The notes under the pieces: generated by a model | Database searches by the model: none | What the model was told of the DNA's origin: nothing | Seen by the model: only the letters and a program-made list of their open reading frames with translations | Made by a program: the position numbers and the translations under genes | Source of the DNA: an uncultured Elusimicrobia bacterium | GTDB lineage: Bacteria; Elusimicrobiota; Elusimicrobia; UBA1565; UBA9628 | NCBI GenBank assembly: GCA_965283875.1 | Contig: CBDIQC010000001.1 | Span: 810,085-874,084 of the forward strand | Direction: 5' to 3' | DNA: 64,000 nucleotides | Shown: positions 30,445 through 39,132 of the stretch, piece after piece | Position numbering within the stretch: position 1 is the first letter of the stretch | Layout of the letters: every line of letters starts with the position of its first letter

Positions 30445-30997
30445 ACCCGGCCGGCTTGAGGTAAAAAGGCTCGAGCGGCGGATGTTTCTTGGCCTTGAGA
30501 TACCGCCGCGCCGCCGGCAGCAGCTCGGCCGCCCCGGTGTCCTTCAACTCTTTCGCGCCGGTCCACGCCTCCGGCGCCGTCCACTCGGCCTTGCCCAGCG
30601 CCTTCAAGGCGCCGTTTTTGGCCCGTCGAAACCGTTGATGGTAAACTTCGCCTTTCCAACCGGGCAACACGCCCGTCACCTCGTCGCCCGCGACCCGATC
30701 GGCCGCCGCTTCCAGCCGGCTGATGCCCAGCGCTGGGATCTTAAACGCGAACGACGCCGCCGCGGCGAACGACAGCCCGATGCGGATGCCCGTGAACCGC
30801 CCCGGCCCCGACGCCGCCGCCACCGCGTCTAAATCCTCAAAGCGCAGTTTCGCCTTCTTTAAAGCGGCGTCGATGGCCGGCCACAAATCGTCGTCGTGAG
30901 AGTTCTGTCCGCGCCGCGAGGCGCGAAAAAGTCTGCCGTCCCTCTCGACGGCGATGGTCAGCTCGTCGGTCGTCGCGTCCACCGCGAGAATGTTCAC
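30425..30997 (-). CDS. tsaB: tRNA t6A37 biosynthesis protein TsaB
   Basis: MNILAVDATTDELTIAV..GPGRFTGIRIGLSFA. Confidence 0.85.
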   Translation of the reverse strand: MNILAVDATTDELTIAVERDGRLFRASRRGQNSHDDDLWPAIDAALKKAKLRFEDLDAVAAASGPGRFTGIRIGLSFAAAASFAFKIPALGISRLEAAADRVAGDEVTGVLPGWKGEVYHQRFRRAKNGALKALGKAEWTAPEAWTGAKELKDTGAAELLPAARRYLKAKKHPPLEPFYLKPAGYEKNRR

Positions 30998-31440
30998 TTC
31001 AGCCGCCCCAAAATGGCCCGCGCCCGCACCCCGCGCGCCTTAAACGCCAGGCGCCGCCCGGACTTAACATGCGACAGCTTCACCTCGAGCCGTTCCTTCG
31101 GCCAACCCGCGCCGAACGCCCCCGGCCACTCGACGATGACCGCGGCCCTCTCGTCGCGCAGCAGGTCTTCGAGCCCCACCTCGCTGGGGTCCCCGTCGGC
31201 CAGTCGGTACATATCAAGGTGGTGCAAGGTGAGCCGTTTGCCGCGATAGACGTGCGCGAGCGCGAACGTCGGACTCGACACGCGCCCGCGGAAACCCGCG
31301 CCGCGCGCCACGCCGCGCGTGAAGGTGGTTTTGCCCGCCCCGAGCTCGCCTTCGAGCAGTACCAGGTCGCCGGGCGCGAGCAGGCGGCCCAAACGCGCGC
31401 CGACGGCTTCGGTGTCCGACGCGGTGGCGGTCGCGATCAT
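30994..31440 (-). CDS. tsaE: tRNA t6A37 biosynthesis ATPase TsaE
   Basis: GDLVLLEGELGAGKTTFTRGVARG..SPTFALAHVY. Start chosen at MIATATASD, 4 nt after the upstream stop. Confidence 0.88.
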   Translation of the reverse strand: MIATATASDTEAVGARLGRLLAPGDLVLLEGELGAGKTTFTRGVARGAGFRGRVSSPTFALAHVYRGKRLTLHHLDMYRLADGDPSEVGLEDLLRDERAAVIVEWPGAFGAGWPKERLEVKLSHVKSGRRLAFKARGVRARAILGRLK

Positions 31441-31444
31441 CGCC

Positions 31445-32359
31445 TTACAACGCGGCGAAGGCGCGCGGCAGGTAGTCCACGAGGTCGGTGGAGGTGACGG
31501 CATAGGCCGTCAGCTCTTTTTCCGCCGCCTCGCCCGCCGCGCCGTGCAGCCACGCGCCCAACGCCGCCGCGCGGAAGGCCAGGTCGCCCGACACGCGCCC
31601 GGACTGGAGGGTCTGCGCCCACAGGCCCGCGATAAGTCCGGTCAACACGTCTCCGGACCCCGCCTTGGCCAGCGCCGCCGTGCCCGACATGTTGACCGCG
31701 GTGCGTGCGCCCGTTGAAATCAAGGTCCGGTTGCCTTTAAGCAGCACGACGCCGCCCCAGTCGCGGGCCAGGCGCTCCACGCTTTTGGTGCGCGCGCTTT
31801 CGCCCTCCGCCTTCGACGAGCGCAGGATGCGCGACATCTCTTTAGGATGCGGGGTGAACACGCACGCCTGTTTGCGGGACTTGAGCATCTGGATGACGCC
31901 TTCGGGCTCCTGGCTCGCTAACACGTTCAACGCGTCGGCATCAACGACGGCGGGCACGGTCACGCCGGATAAAGTGTGCAGCACGAAACGCGCCGCGTCG
32001 GAATGCGTGGTCAGGCCCGGGCCGATGGCGATGACGGTGACCTTGTTGTCCGTGGCGTAACGTTTCAGCTTTTCAACGCCGTCGGCTCTGAATACGCCCG
32101 ACGCGTTTTCCGGGAGAGCGAGGGTCATGGCCGACGGCACGGCCCCGGCCACGACATGGGCCGCGCTGATGGGCGAAGCGATGGTGACCAGGCCGGCGCC
32201 GGAGCGCAACGCCGCTCGGCCCGCGAGAATCGCCGCGCCGGCCATGCCGCGCGACCCGGCCGCAATCAGGACGTGGCCATAGACGCCTTTGTGGTCCTCG
32301 GGCAGCCGCTCGACGAGTCCTTCCTTCAGCTCGCTGCGCGAAAGGGGCTTGGCGCTCAT
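31445..32359 (-). CDS. nnrD: ADP-dependent NAD(P)H-hydrate dehydratase (YjeF C-terminal type)
   Basis: HKGVYGHVLIAAGSRGMAGAAILAGRAALRSGAGLVT..GSGDVLTG. Classical adjacency to tsaE. Confidence 0.88.
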   Translation of the reverse strand: MSAKPLSRSELKEGLVERLPEDHKGVYGHVLIAAGSRGMAGAAILAGRAALRSGAGLVTIASPISAAHVVAGAVPSAMTLALPENASGVFRADGVEKLKRYATDNKVTVIAIGPGLTTHSDAARFVLHTLSGVTVPAVVDADALNVLASQEPEGVIQMLKSRKQACVFTPHPKEMSRILRSSKAEGESARTKSVERLARDWGGVVLLKGNRTLISTGARTAVNMSGTAALAKAGSGDVLTGLIAGLWAQTLQSGRVSGDLAFRAAALGAWLHGAAGEAAEKELTAYAVTSTDLVDYLPRAFAAL

Positions 32360-32376
32360 GCGGCGATGATACTCCT

Positions 32377-32955
32377 TTAAGCCGTCTCGATGGCGAGCAG
32401 CTTCTTCCAGCTCGGCGGGATGTGCTGGCGCGGGTGCGGCACGAGGCTGCCCATCAGCGACCACCGCGGCTTGGCCGGCATGGTGCGCAGCGGCATGCCG
32501 GCCTCGTCGGGAAGTTTGTCGGCCTTCCTCAAATTGCACACGCGGCAGGAGGTGACGACGTTGGTCCACTCGTGCGGGCCGCCGCGCGAACGCGGCAGGA
32601 CGTGGTCCAAGTCCAGCTCGTCGGTGGCCTTGCGTTTGCCGCAGTACGAGCACTTGTGCTGGTCGCGCGCGAACACGTTGTGCCGCGTGAACGCCACCTC
32701 GCGGTGCGGGACGCGGTCGTACCTCGTCAGGCGCACGACCTCGGGCACGGCGATCCTCAAATTGGGCGAATGGATGAACCCGCCGGAGAACTCGACCCAG
32801 TTGGACGAGGCTTCCACCCAGCGCTCGAAGTCGTAGCCGATGAGCTCGTCGTCCAAGGCCTCGGCCAAACCCCTATAAACGAGCGCCACCGCGCGTTGCC
32901 AGTCGGCGACCGCGATGGCCCTAAACGAGCGATTGAGGATAAGGGTCCGAGTCAT
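32377..32955 (-). CDS. HNH endonuclease family protein (high-GC, core-genome type)
   Basis: CSYCGKR..LDLDHVLPRSRGGPHEWTNVVTSCRVCNLRK. Start at MTRTLILNRSF. Confidence 0.85.
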   Translation of the reverse strand: MTRTLILNRSFRAIAVADWQRAVALVYRGLAEALDDELIGYDFERWVEASSNWVEFSGGFIHSPNLRIAVPEVVRLTRYDRVPHREVAFTRHNVFARDQHKCSYCGKRKATDELDLDHVLPRSRGGPHEWTNVVTSCRVCNLRKADKLPDEAGMPLRTMPAKPRWSLMGSLVPHPRQHIPPSWKKLLAIETA

Positions 32956-32994
32956 CCCCTCTAGGTTAACAGGCGAAAAGCCGAAAATCAACGG

Positions 32995-33012
32995 GGCAGG
33001 GGCCCCCCTGCC
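32995..33012. terminator. Short GC hairpin GGCAGGGG-CC-CCCCTGCC with T/A-rich flanks
   Basis: Lies between the small ORF ending at 33049 and the HNH start. On the minus strand it is followed by a T-rich tract (ttgattttcggcttttc). Confidence 0.35.
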
Positions 33013-33048
33013 GGGCTTATTTAGGGAAGGGGGTAGGCCGGTCGTCCG

Positions 33049-33204
33049 CTACTCTTGGGAGCCGCCGATAACGCTGCTCTGGGTGCCCATAAAAAACGTC
33101 CGCATCAAATACCCCGCCAGCGCCAGGAACACGACCCCGGCGATGATGATGATCAGCGCCGTTTGGCCTTCGCCGGCGCCGCGCCGCGATTTAAGCGGGT
33201 TCAT
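33049..33204 (-). CDS. Small single-TM protein (51 aa)
   Basis: MNPLKSRRGAGEGQTALIIIIAGVVFLALAGYLMRTFF. Its ATG overlaps the stop of the upstream gene (TGATG), suggesting translational coupling. Confidence 0.45.
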   Translation of the reverse strand: MNPLKSRRGAGEGQTALIIIIAGVVFLALAGYLMRTFFMGTQSSVIGGSQE

Positions 33205-33563
33205 CAGGCTCCTTTGATTTCCACGAGGTATGAGGTCAGCTTGCGGATCTTCCCGCCCCGCATCTCGAACACGTCGCAGAAAGCCAGGTTCACGACCGTC
33301 CCGCCTTTCAAATGGGTCAACACGGTGCCTTCGGCCACCACGACGTCCCCCTCCTCGGTTAGGCGGGACACCTTTATATCGGGTTTGCCCTCGAAGCAGC
33401 CGTCGCCTTCGATTTCCTTGTCGAACTCGGCTTTTCCTCGCTTCACGAAAGCGCCGGGCAGCACCCATTCGATGTCCTCGGTCAGGCAGCCCAAGACGCC
33501 CGCGTGGTCGAACACGCGGTAGGCGGCCATATACGCCGTGACGGTCTTCTTGTTCTCGGACAT
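33204..33563 (-). CDS. SnoaL-like / NTF2-fold protein
   Basis: MSENKKTVTAYMAAYRVFDHAGVLGCLTEDIEWVLPG...CDVFEMRGGKIRKLTSYLVE: a typical ketosteroid-isomerase-like pattern. Confidence 0.65.
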   Translation of the reverse strand: MSENKKTVTAYMAAYRVFDHAGVLGCLTEDIEWVLPGAFVKRGKAEFDKEIEGDGCFEGKPDIKVSRLTEEGDVVVAEGTVLTHLKGGTVVNLAFCDVFEMRGGKIRKLTSYLVEIKGA

Positions 33564-33565
33564 GT

Positions 33566-34753
33566 CTATTCCTTGGGGGCGAAGTTCTTGCGGAAATACG
33601 AATGCATGAAATCGCTGTGCTCGCGGTGCTTCATCCGCACGTACGAGTCGGTGCCGCGGTAATCGTTGATATACGTCCCCATGCGGCAGTTGTCGGGCGC
33701 TTGCATACACCAGGCCTGCTGCGCTTCCTTCATCTGCCGTAGAATCAACGAGAAGTTGCCGAACGCGGCCTTGGCCTTGGCTTCCTCGTCGGCCTTATTC
33801 TGGTAGTAGGCCTTGTCCTCCTCGGACCTCTTGACGAAATTGTAGACGTGCGTCAGGCGCGCGGTATCGCGCCCGATAGCCTTGGCTTCCTGGATGGCCC
33901 CTTCGAGGTCGGCCGACGACGCGTTGAGGTCCTTCTCCAGCCAGGCGTACCAATCCTCCCCGCCCAGCTCGCGCGCGCAGTTGCGCTCCTTAATCGACGC
34001 CCAGGTGCTCGACGTTCGGACGCAGTCGCGCAGCAGGCTGCGCTGGGATTCGGCCTCCGTCTTCAGGCGTTTCTCCCACCGCTCGCGCAAAGCGGCGTTT
34101 TCGGCGTCGCTCATGGACACCGTTTTAGACGCGGCGAGGTAGTCCTCGGACGGCACCTGGTCCGTGGACAGCAGGAACTCCACCCACGCTCGCCCGCCCA
34201 GGCGTTTGAAACACAGCGCCGTGTTGGTCGTCCCCAGATTCGCGCACGGGGATTTATCCGCGACCGGGGCCGCCCCCTTCAGCGCCGCGATGGTCGCCGC
34301 CACGACGGTCGCCGACGACCGGCTCGGCGCGACTTCGGGCTTTAGGACCTCCCAGCCCGCTCCGGGGTTGCCCACGCGTACCTCGAGCAGGCGCCAGAGG
34401 CCTTCGGCGTCCTTCCAAACGACCGCGTTGTGTTTGGCGTCGTGCAGCGGGGCGTAGTCCATGTCCACGCTACCGTAGATCCAGCCGGGGTTGGCCACCT
34501 CGTTGTAATGCGGCGCCGAGTAGGTCACACGCCCGCCGCCGGCGTTCCAAGCCGTGACGAACAGCTTCCCGCGCACCTCCTGGCCGAGCGCGCTTGGCGG
34601 CAGCTTATACGCCGCCTTCTTGCTCGCGTCGTAGAACTGGTACCGCTTGCCGTCGGCCGTCGGTACCACCAGCAAACCGTTGACCTTCTTGGGCTCGGCC
34701 GCAAAAGCCCCGCCCGCCGTCAGCAGTAGCGCCGCCAGCAGGCCCTTCCTCAC
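33566..34753 (-). CDS. Hypothetical exported protein
   Basis: Signal peptide MRKGLLAALLLTAGGAFA. 395 aa with several Cys. No recognised family. Confidence 0.6.
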   Translation of the reverse strand: MRKGLLAALLLTAGGAFAAEPKKVNGLLVVPTADGKRYQFYDASKKAAYKLPPSALGQEVRGKLFVTAWNAGGGRVTYSAPHYNEVANPGWIYGSVDMDYAPLHDAKHNAVVWKDAEGLWRLLEVRVGNPGAGWEVLKPEVAPSRSSATVVAATIAALKGAAPVADKSPCANLGTTNTALCFKRLGGRAWVEFLLSTDQVPSEDYLAASKTVSMSDAENAALRERWEKRLKTEAESQRSLLRDCVRTSSTWASIKERNCARELGGEDWYAWLEKDLNASSADLEGAIQEAKAIGRDTARLTHVYNFVKRSEEDKAYYQNKADEEAKAKAAFGNFSLILRQMKEAQQAWCMQAPDNCRMGTYINDYRGTDSYVRMKHREHSDFMHSYFRKNFAPKE

Positions 34754-35040
34754 TTCTGCCCTTCCGCGAGGCCCGATATCATCACCAGCAGCCCCACGAC
34801 CAGCAACGCGATGAGCGGGTAATCAATCCATTGGTGCGGCAGCCCGGGCGCCAGCTTCACCGCCGCCATCGTCAGCAGCAGCTTCAACACGCCCGCCAAC
34901 GCGCACAACCCCACGCCCCGCGCGGCGTTAGGCATGTTCGACTCGTTGGCCTTGAACAGGCAGATGTAGATGAACGCGAGCACGGCCGCGAGCAGCGCGA
35001 GCGAGCCGAGGACGAGCCCGATGGTTTTAATCAGCTCCAT
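34750..35040 (-). CDS. Small three-TM membrane protein
   Basis: 96-aa hydrophobic ORF with a 4-nt overlap with the downstream gene. Confidence 0.5.
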   Translation of the reverse strand: MELIKTIGLVLGSLALLAAVLAFIYICLFKANESNMPNAARGVGLCALAGVLKLLLTMAAVKLAPGLPHQWIDYPLIALLVVGLLVMISGLAEGQK

Positions 35041-35075
35041 ATCGCCTCTCTAGGTATCAAAATTGGCGGGCCGCG

Positions 35076-35567
35076 TCACCACTGCGGATATTCGACCGAG
35101 GCGTACACCCGCTGCTCCTTCGGCCCATACACCACGAACACCCTTCGATACCCCAGCTCACCTTCCACCGCCGTCGGCACGTCCGCCACCCACGCCGGCC
35201 AGCCTTGCGGCAGCTCCTGGCGCTCGAGAATCCGTCCCGGCTTCTCCGTCAACTTAGAAAACCTCGCCGCGAACCGCGCGTTATAGTCGGCCGGCGCGAT
35301 CTTAAACGTGATGAAGTGCCCGTCCATGGACCGCGGCTTGGTGACCACGATGTCGGACGCGACCACCCGATTCTCCTTCCCGAAACACAACGCGAACTCC
35401 GCCTCCGCGTCCGGCACCTTCCCCGCCCCCACAAACCAATAAACCAGCAACGCCGCACACGGCACGCCGATCAAGACGAACGACCACCTGCGCTTCAACA
35501 AGCCGACGACGAGCAGACCGACGCCGGCGATGGCCAGGAGCGCGATGAAGGTGATTATCGGGGACAT
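35076..35567 (-). CDS. Hypothetical membrane-anchored protein
   Basis: Two N-terminal TM helices followed by a soluble ~100-aa domain. Confidence 0.55.
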   Translation of the reverse strand: MSPIITFIALLAIAGVGLLVVGLLKRRWSFVLIGVPCAALLVYWFVGAGKVPDAEAEFALCFGKENRVVASDIVVTKPRSMDGHFITFKIAPADYNARFAARFSKLTEKPGRILERQELPQGWPAWVADVPTAVEGELGYRRVFVVYGPKEQRVYASVEYPQW

Positions 35568-35614
35568 GAGTTTATCCCGCCAACGCAGCGGGCCTGTGGC
35601 GCAGACTTTTCTAT

Positions 35615-35917
35615 CTAGTCCCGATCGACTTCAAAGCTATTCAAAATAAGGGAATCCGCGTTGTCTCCGGCGAAAGTAAAAGTCGCTCTTTGATAAGGGA
35701 ACTTGCCGTATTCCCAAGTCGTACAGGTCCACGTATGATCCGTAGCTCCGCCACAAACCGATTGGCTCACGTTTTTCGGGTTTCCGAACATTTTCAGGAC
35801 CTCCTTAGAACTCATGCCCTGATGAATCTTCATAATGTTCTTGGTCGTGAATGAAAATGGCAAAGTGGAACAAGCCGACAGCAACCCACACGCCAAGACA
35901 ACCGATAACAGCCTCAT
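35615..35917 (-). CDS. Lipoprotein with BamE/SmpA-OmlA-like domain (island gene 6)
   Basis: MRLLSVVLACGLLSAC lipobox, then IHQGMSSKEVLKMFGNP. Strong SD (GGAGGAGG) before the ATG at 35917. Low GC. Confidence 0.7.
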   Translation of the reverse strand: MRLLSVVLACGLLSACSTLPFSFTTKNIMKIHQGMSSKEVLKMFGNPKNVSQSVCGGATDHTWTCTTWEYGKFPYQRATFTFAGDNADSLILNSFEVDRD

Positions 35918-35974
35918 ATCGCCTCCTCCTCGAAGCGCTAACATAAGCCATCTCACCGCGGTGTTTAGTGAAGT

Positions 35975-37060
35975 TTAGCGCGAAGAGCTCATCTCATCCA
36001 AACGCCATTCCGGGGCCATCGCCAAAAGCGCATCCTCCGCTCCGTGACAACCGTAAATCGGGTAATCGTGCCTGAGGCGCGCAAGGTTCAGATATGCATA
36101 AAGCTGGAAGTTGCCGAGTTTCCTCCGCACGTACACCCCATAACGCAGGCCATCCGTGACAATTAGCCGATGGCACGCGGATTTACCTTCCGCATACGAT
36201 TGGGCCTGCGATACTGCCGTTAGGCAGGAATCACCCATACGTTTCGCCTCAACGACGACACGCAAAGATCCATCACTCCGAGGCAACTGCTCGAATAGGG
36301 CGACATCTACGTGCTTCCATTCCACGGCCATCTTTTGAGGAGTCCATCCGAGGGCTCGTAGCAGCGGAACTACAAGATACGCGACCGTCTCGTGTTCCGA
36401 TGGTTTGTCTGATTCCTCGCCGGAGCGCGCATACCACTTGGCGATACGAGTCAACTCGCCAATCTCCTTTAGCAGGTTGGTGATTGACCCGCTCGCGACG
36501 CCGTGGTCAAAGAGGAATTCGGATACCCGCTCAACGGAGATTTCGCTGCTGGCATCAACCGAAGGCAGCTTAGGCAAGGCTTCACGCGCGGCCGTCTTCG
36601 GTACTTGCAGCTCGGAAAGCCACTTCATGACAGGCCCGTCATTGAGCCGCTGCGTAGTGTCTCCGAGCTTCATTGCGTATGTGCCGAACGTCTTCGGCGC
36701 TGGACGTCCGTCCCAAAACCAGCGGACGCGTCGGATATGCTGCAAGTCCCAGCCGTCAATATCTCCAAATTGATCGGCCCACTCGTAGTCGCCCACAACC
36801 TCACCGACACCGAGCACTTTCGCGGTGCCCAGCCTGAGCACCACAATGTCCCCAGGCTTCATTTCGACGGCAAACCGCTCTAGACCGGTCATTTTTCTTT
36901 GCGTCCAGTCGTCATCCAGCAAGGGCTTCTTGCAGGCAGGCCATGGACCTGCGTATCCTGGGCCATTAAGAATGACCCCCCACTTGAGACAAATATCAGC
37001 GTAATCGCGGTCGGTATCACCGGCCGCCTGCTGCCAAATCGTCTTGCCAGATATATTCAT
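35975..37060 (-). CDS. Two-domain nuclease-fold protein: unassigned N-terminal ~200 aa + C-terminal HsdR-N/Mrr-like PD-(D/E)xK domain (island gene 5)
   Basis: C-terminus SEHETVAYLVVPLLRALGW..WKHVDVALF..LRVVVEAKRMG..AVSQAQSYA = E224, D252, E271-x-K273, QxxxY. The N-terminus (GDIVVLRLGTAKVLGVGEVVGDYEW) is unassigned. Confidence 0.7.
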   Translation of the reverse strand: MNISGKTIWQQAAGDTDRDYADICLKWGVILNGPGYAGPWPACKKPLLDDDWTQRKMTGLERFAVEMKPGDIVVLRLGTAKVLGVGEVVGDYEWADQFGDIDGWDLQHIRRVRWFWDGRPAPKTFGTYAMKLGDTTQRLNDGPVMKWLSELQVPKTAAREALPKLPSVDASSEISVERVSEFLFDHGVASGSITNLLKEIGELTRIAKWYARSGEESDKPSEHETVAYLVVPLLRALGWTPQKMAVEWKHVDVALFEQLPRSDGSLRVVVEAKRMGDSCLTAVSQAQSYAEGKSACHRLIVTDGLRYGVYVRRKLGNFQLYAYLNLARLRHDYPIYGCHGAEDALLAMAPEWRLDEMSSSR

Positions 37061-37116
37061 GCTTTAGTTAGTCCGATTACGCGGTAGCGGCGCATGCTGC
37101 GCGGCGCCAAGCTGTC

Positions 37117-37617
37117 TTATTCGACCTTTCCTCTGAGATGGGTCAAGATCTGAAGAAAACGAAAAGCCGGGTTGCCTGTATCACGCGTAGTCTTCTTTGC
37201 CTCAGCCTTGAGTTGCCGTATTCGTGAAGTGTATTCCGTGTTGATTATGAGCTCAAGTCCCGCAATCTTCCGGAGAGCGTTGGTTATCGCGCCTTCGCGA
37301 ACGATGGGCGACCACAACATGAAATGAATGTCATCGAAATCCTTGAGATGCAGTCGGGCATATAGCTTTTGCCGTTCATGCTTCTCGCGCACTTTCGAGA
37401 TGGTTGTCGCGTAGCTCCCGTACTGAAGCCCATCTAGATGCGTCGTGACTTCGCACAGATACGCAGCCTTATCTCGGTGTCGCAGCCCCACCACGTCTAA
37501 CTCCGCAAGCCCGTCCAATCCGCTGACGCGGGGGCGAATGTTATAGCCGACAAAGTCACAATCGAGATGCTGGCTCAAATAGGCTCCCACCAGATACTCG
37601 CCAAGTTCAGTTTTCAT
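37117..37617 (-). CDS. Small PD-(D/E)xK-like (YraN/Hjc-like) nuclease-fold protein (island gene 4)
   Basis: LAELDVVGLRHRDKAAYLCEVTTH = D41 ... E56-V-T58, so the canonical Lys is not in place. 166 aa. Assignment is by motif only. Confidence 0.5.
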   Translation of the reverse strand: MKTELGEYLVGAYLSQHLDCDFVGYNIRPRVSGLDGLAELDVVGLRHRDKAAYLCEVTTHLDGLQYGSYATTISKVREKHERQKLYARLHLKDFDDIHFMLWSPIVREGAITNALRKIAGLELIINTEYTSRIRQLKAEAKKTTRDTGNPAFRFLQILTHLRGKVE

Positions 37618-37651
37618 CTATTGTTCTCAATGCGCGACTACCACCGAGGCT

Positions 37652-37700
37652 CAGCCGCCGCGACTTTCAGCAGACCACCCGAACGAGGTTGCGGCGGCTG
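37652..37700 (-). repeat. GC-rich hairpin repeat, copy 1 (CAGCCGCCGC - 29 nt - GCGGCGGCTG), directly after the stop of island gene 3
   Basis: Perfect 10-bp stem. Shares the 15-mer GGCTCAGCCGCCGCG (37648-37662) with copy 2. No U-tract. Confidence 0.7.
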
Positions 37701-37706
37701 AAGCTG

Positions 37707-39098
37707 TTAGTCGGACGATTCATCATCGCCAAGCATCCGATCTAGAAATTTCCGAAACATTACTTGGGACACCACGCCGTCTGCAGCACAGCGATGCATA
37801 TCCCCATGGATTAGATGGTTTTCAACACCTGCCTGGCTGGCGTGCGCATAGTCTAGGGATGTGACATCTAAGAACAAATCGCGAATAAATCCGGTCGGCC
37901 GTACATCGAAATTGTGGCAACAGACATCTTCAATTATTTGACTTTGATATTCATCCCAGTTCATGAAGCCGCTATCTGTATCAAGGGAGCCCTTTTCAGT
38001 ACTTAGTGTCACTGAGTCAATCACGCTCTTCCCGATTCGAAAGAGTTGCGAGTCCCAAACACTCCGCAGATCATCGAGATAATCCATGGCCCCAAACTGC
38101 CCCCGGTCGCTCTTTTCGAGCCCTGGGATTACTTGCAGTAGCCCGACTCCTTCGGGAGAATGATTCTTCCCCTCGCTCTGACTCGCAGCATTGATGGAAC
38201 TCCCAAGCGAAAACGGATTAACCCCGACCATTACCAGGGAATTCGAATACGGGAGCGCTTCGCGCAATTCGGACCACGCTTGGGAGCTGTAAACAAAACC
38301 ATGAATCCCCGCCGCCTCCATTTTTTGTGCGGCTAGCGCGGAAGCAGTATTTAGGCGTTTGATCTGATCTGGTGAGGGCTGTTTCTGAAGGTCAGGATTC
38401 CATGACTCTGCGCAGTATTTCCAAACAACCTTACACACGCTCAGGCTGCTTTTACGGAACGCTGATGAAGTAAGCAAGCTAACGTCTTTTCGTGCCGGAG
38501 CCCATGGAACGAGTTTGAGTGACTTTAGATCATTGGGGTCGCTCAGCTTTGGAATCAGCGCAATAACATTTCGATGGTCCAGAGTGAGACTTTGAACAAA
38601 TGCCTCGCGCGTTATTCTCGTTTCCATTGGAGCTATGAGAATGTAGACGACATCCTCGCGACTCATTCCCGGGAAAAGCAGGGACAAGTGATTTGCATAT
38701 GCCAGCAACTCCGTGAAGGACTGTCTTTCAGTTTGTGCGCTCTTCTTCAACTCAACAATTGCGACCCCTGTGTCACCAGGAAATGAACCCAAGAAGTCAG
38801 CGCGAATTGTCGAGGTTGAAGCACGCTCGAGTGGGACCTCACACCCAAAGAGTTCCAGCGATAACAACTTCTGATGAAGACTTTCGAGGCGATCAATCAA
38901 CTTGTTCCATAGAAGGTCTTCTGGCCGAACACTATCCACAGAACACTGGCTTCGAACCAGGATCTCCGAAGGCGCTAACAAATTGGAGAATTCTTCTCGC
39001 TTACTCCAGATATACTCCTGTATCTGTTTTTCAGAGAATGGCATGTCGCATTTAGATTCGTCTAGCGCCACGCTCTGCGGCGCGCGCTGTAAAGACAT
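37707..39098 (-). CDS. N-terminal NucS/DUF91-like PD-(D/E)xK nuclease domain + ~300-aa unassigned C-terminal domain (island gene 3)
   Basis: GCEVPLERASTSTIRADFLGSFPGDTGVAIVELKKS = E87, D101, E116-L-K118. The rest has no motif I recognise. Alternative start at M19. Confidence 0.65.
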   Translation of the reverse strand: MSLQRAPQSVALDESKCDMPFSEKQIQEYIWSKREEFSNLLAPSEILVRSQCSVDSVRPEDLLWNKLIDRLESLHQKLLSLELFGCEVPLERASTSTIRADFLGSFPGDTGVAIVELKKSAQTERQSFTELLAYANHLSLLFPGMSREDVVYILIAPMETRITREAFVQSLTLDHRNVIALIPKLSDPNDLKSLKLVPWAPARKDVSLLTSSAFRKSSLSVCKVVWKYCAESWNPDLQKQPSPDQIKRLNTASALAAQKMEAAGIHGFVYSSQAWSELREALPYSNSLVMVGVNPFSLGSSINAASQSEGKNHSPEGVGLLQVIPGLEKSDRGQFGAMDYLDDLRSVWDSQLFRIGKSVIDSVTLSTEKGSLDTDSGFMNWDEYQSQIIEDVCCHNFDVRPTGFIRDLFLDVTSLDYAHASQAGVENHLIHGDMHRCAADGVVSQVMFRKFLDRMLGDDESSD

Positions 39099-39132
39099 TC
39101 CTCAATGGGCGCGCGTCGGCAGAAGCGCATGG

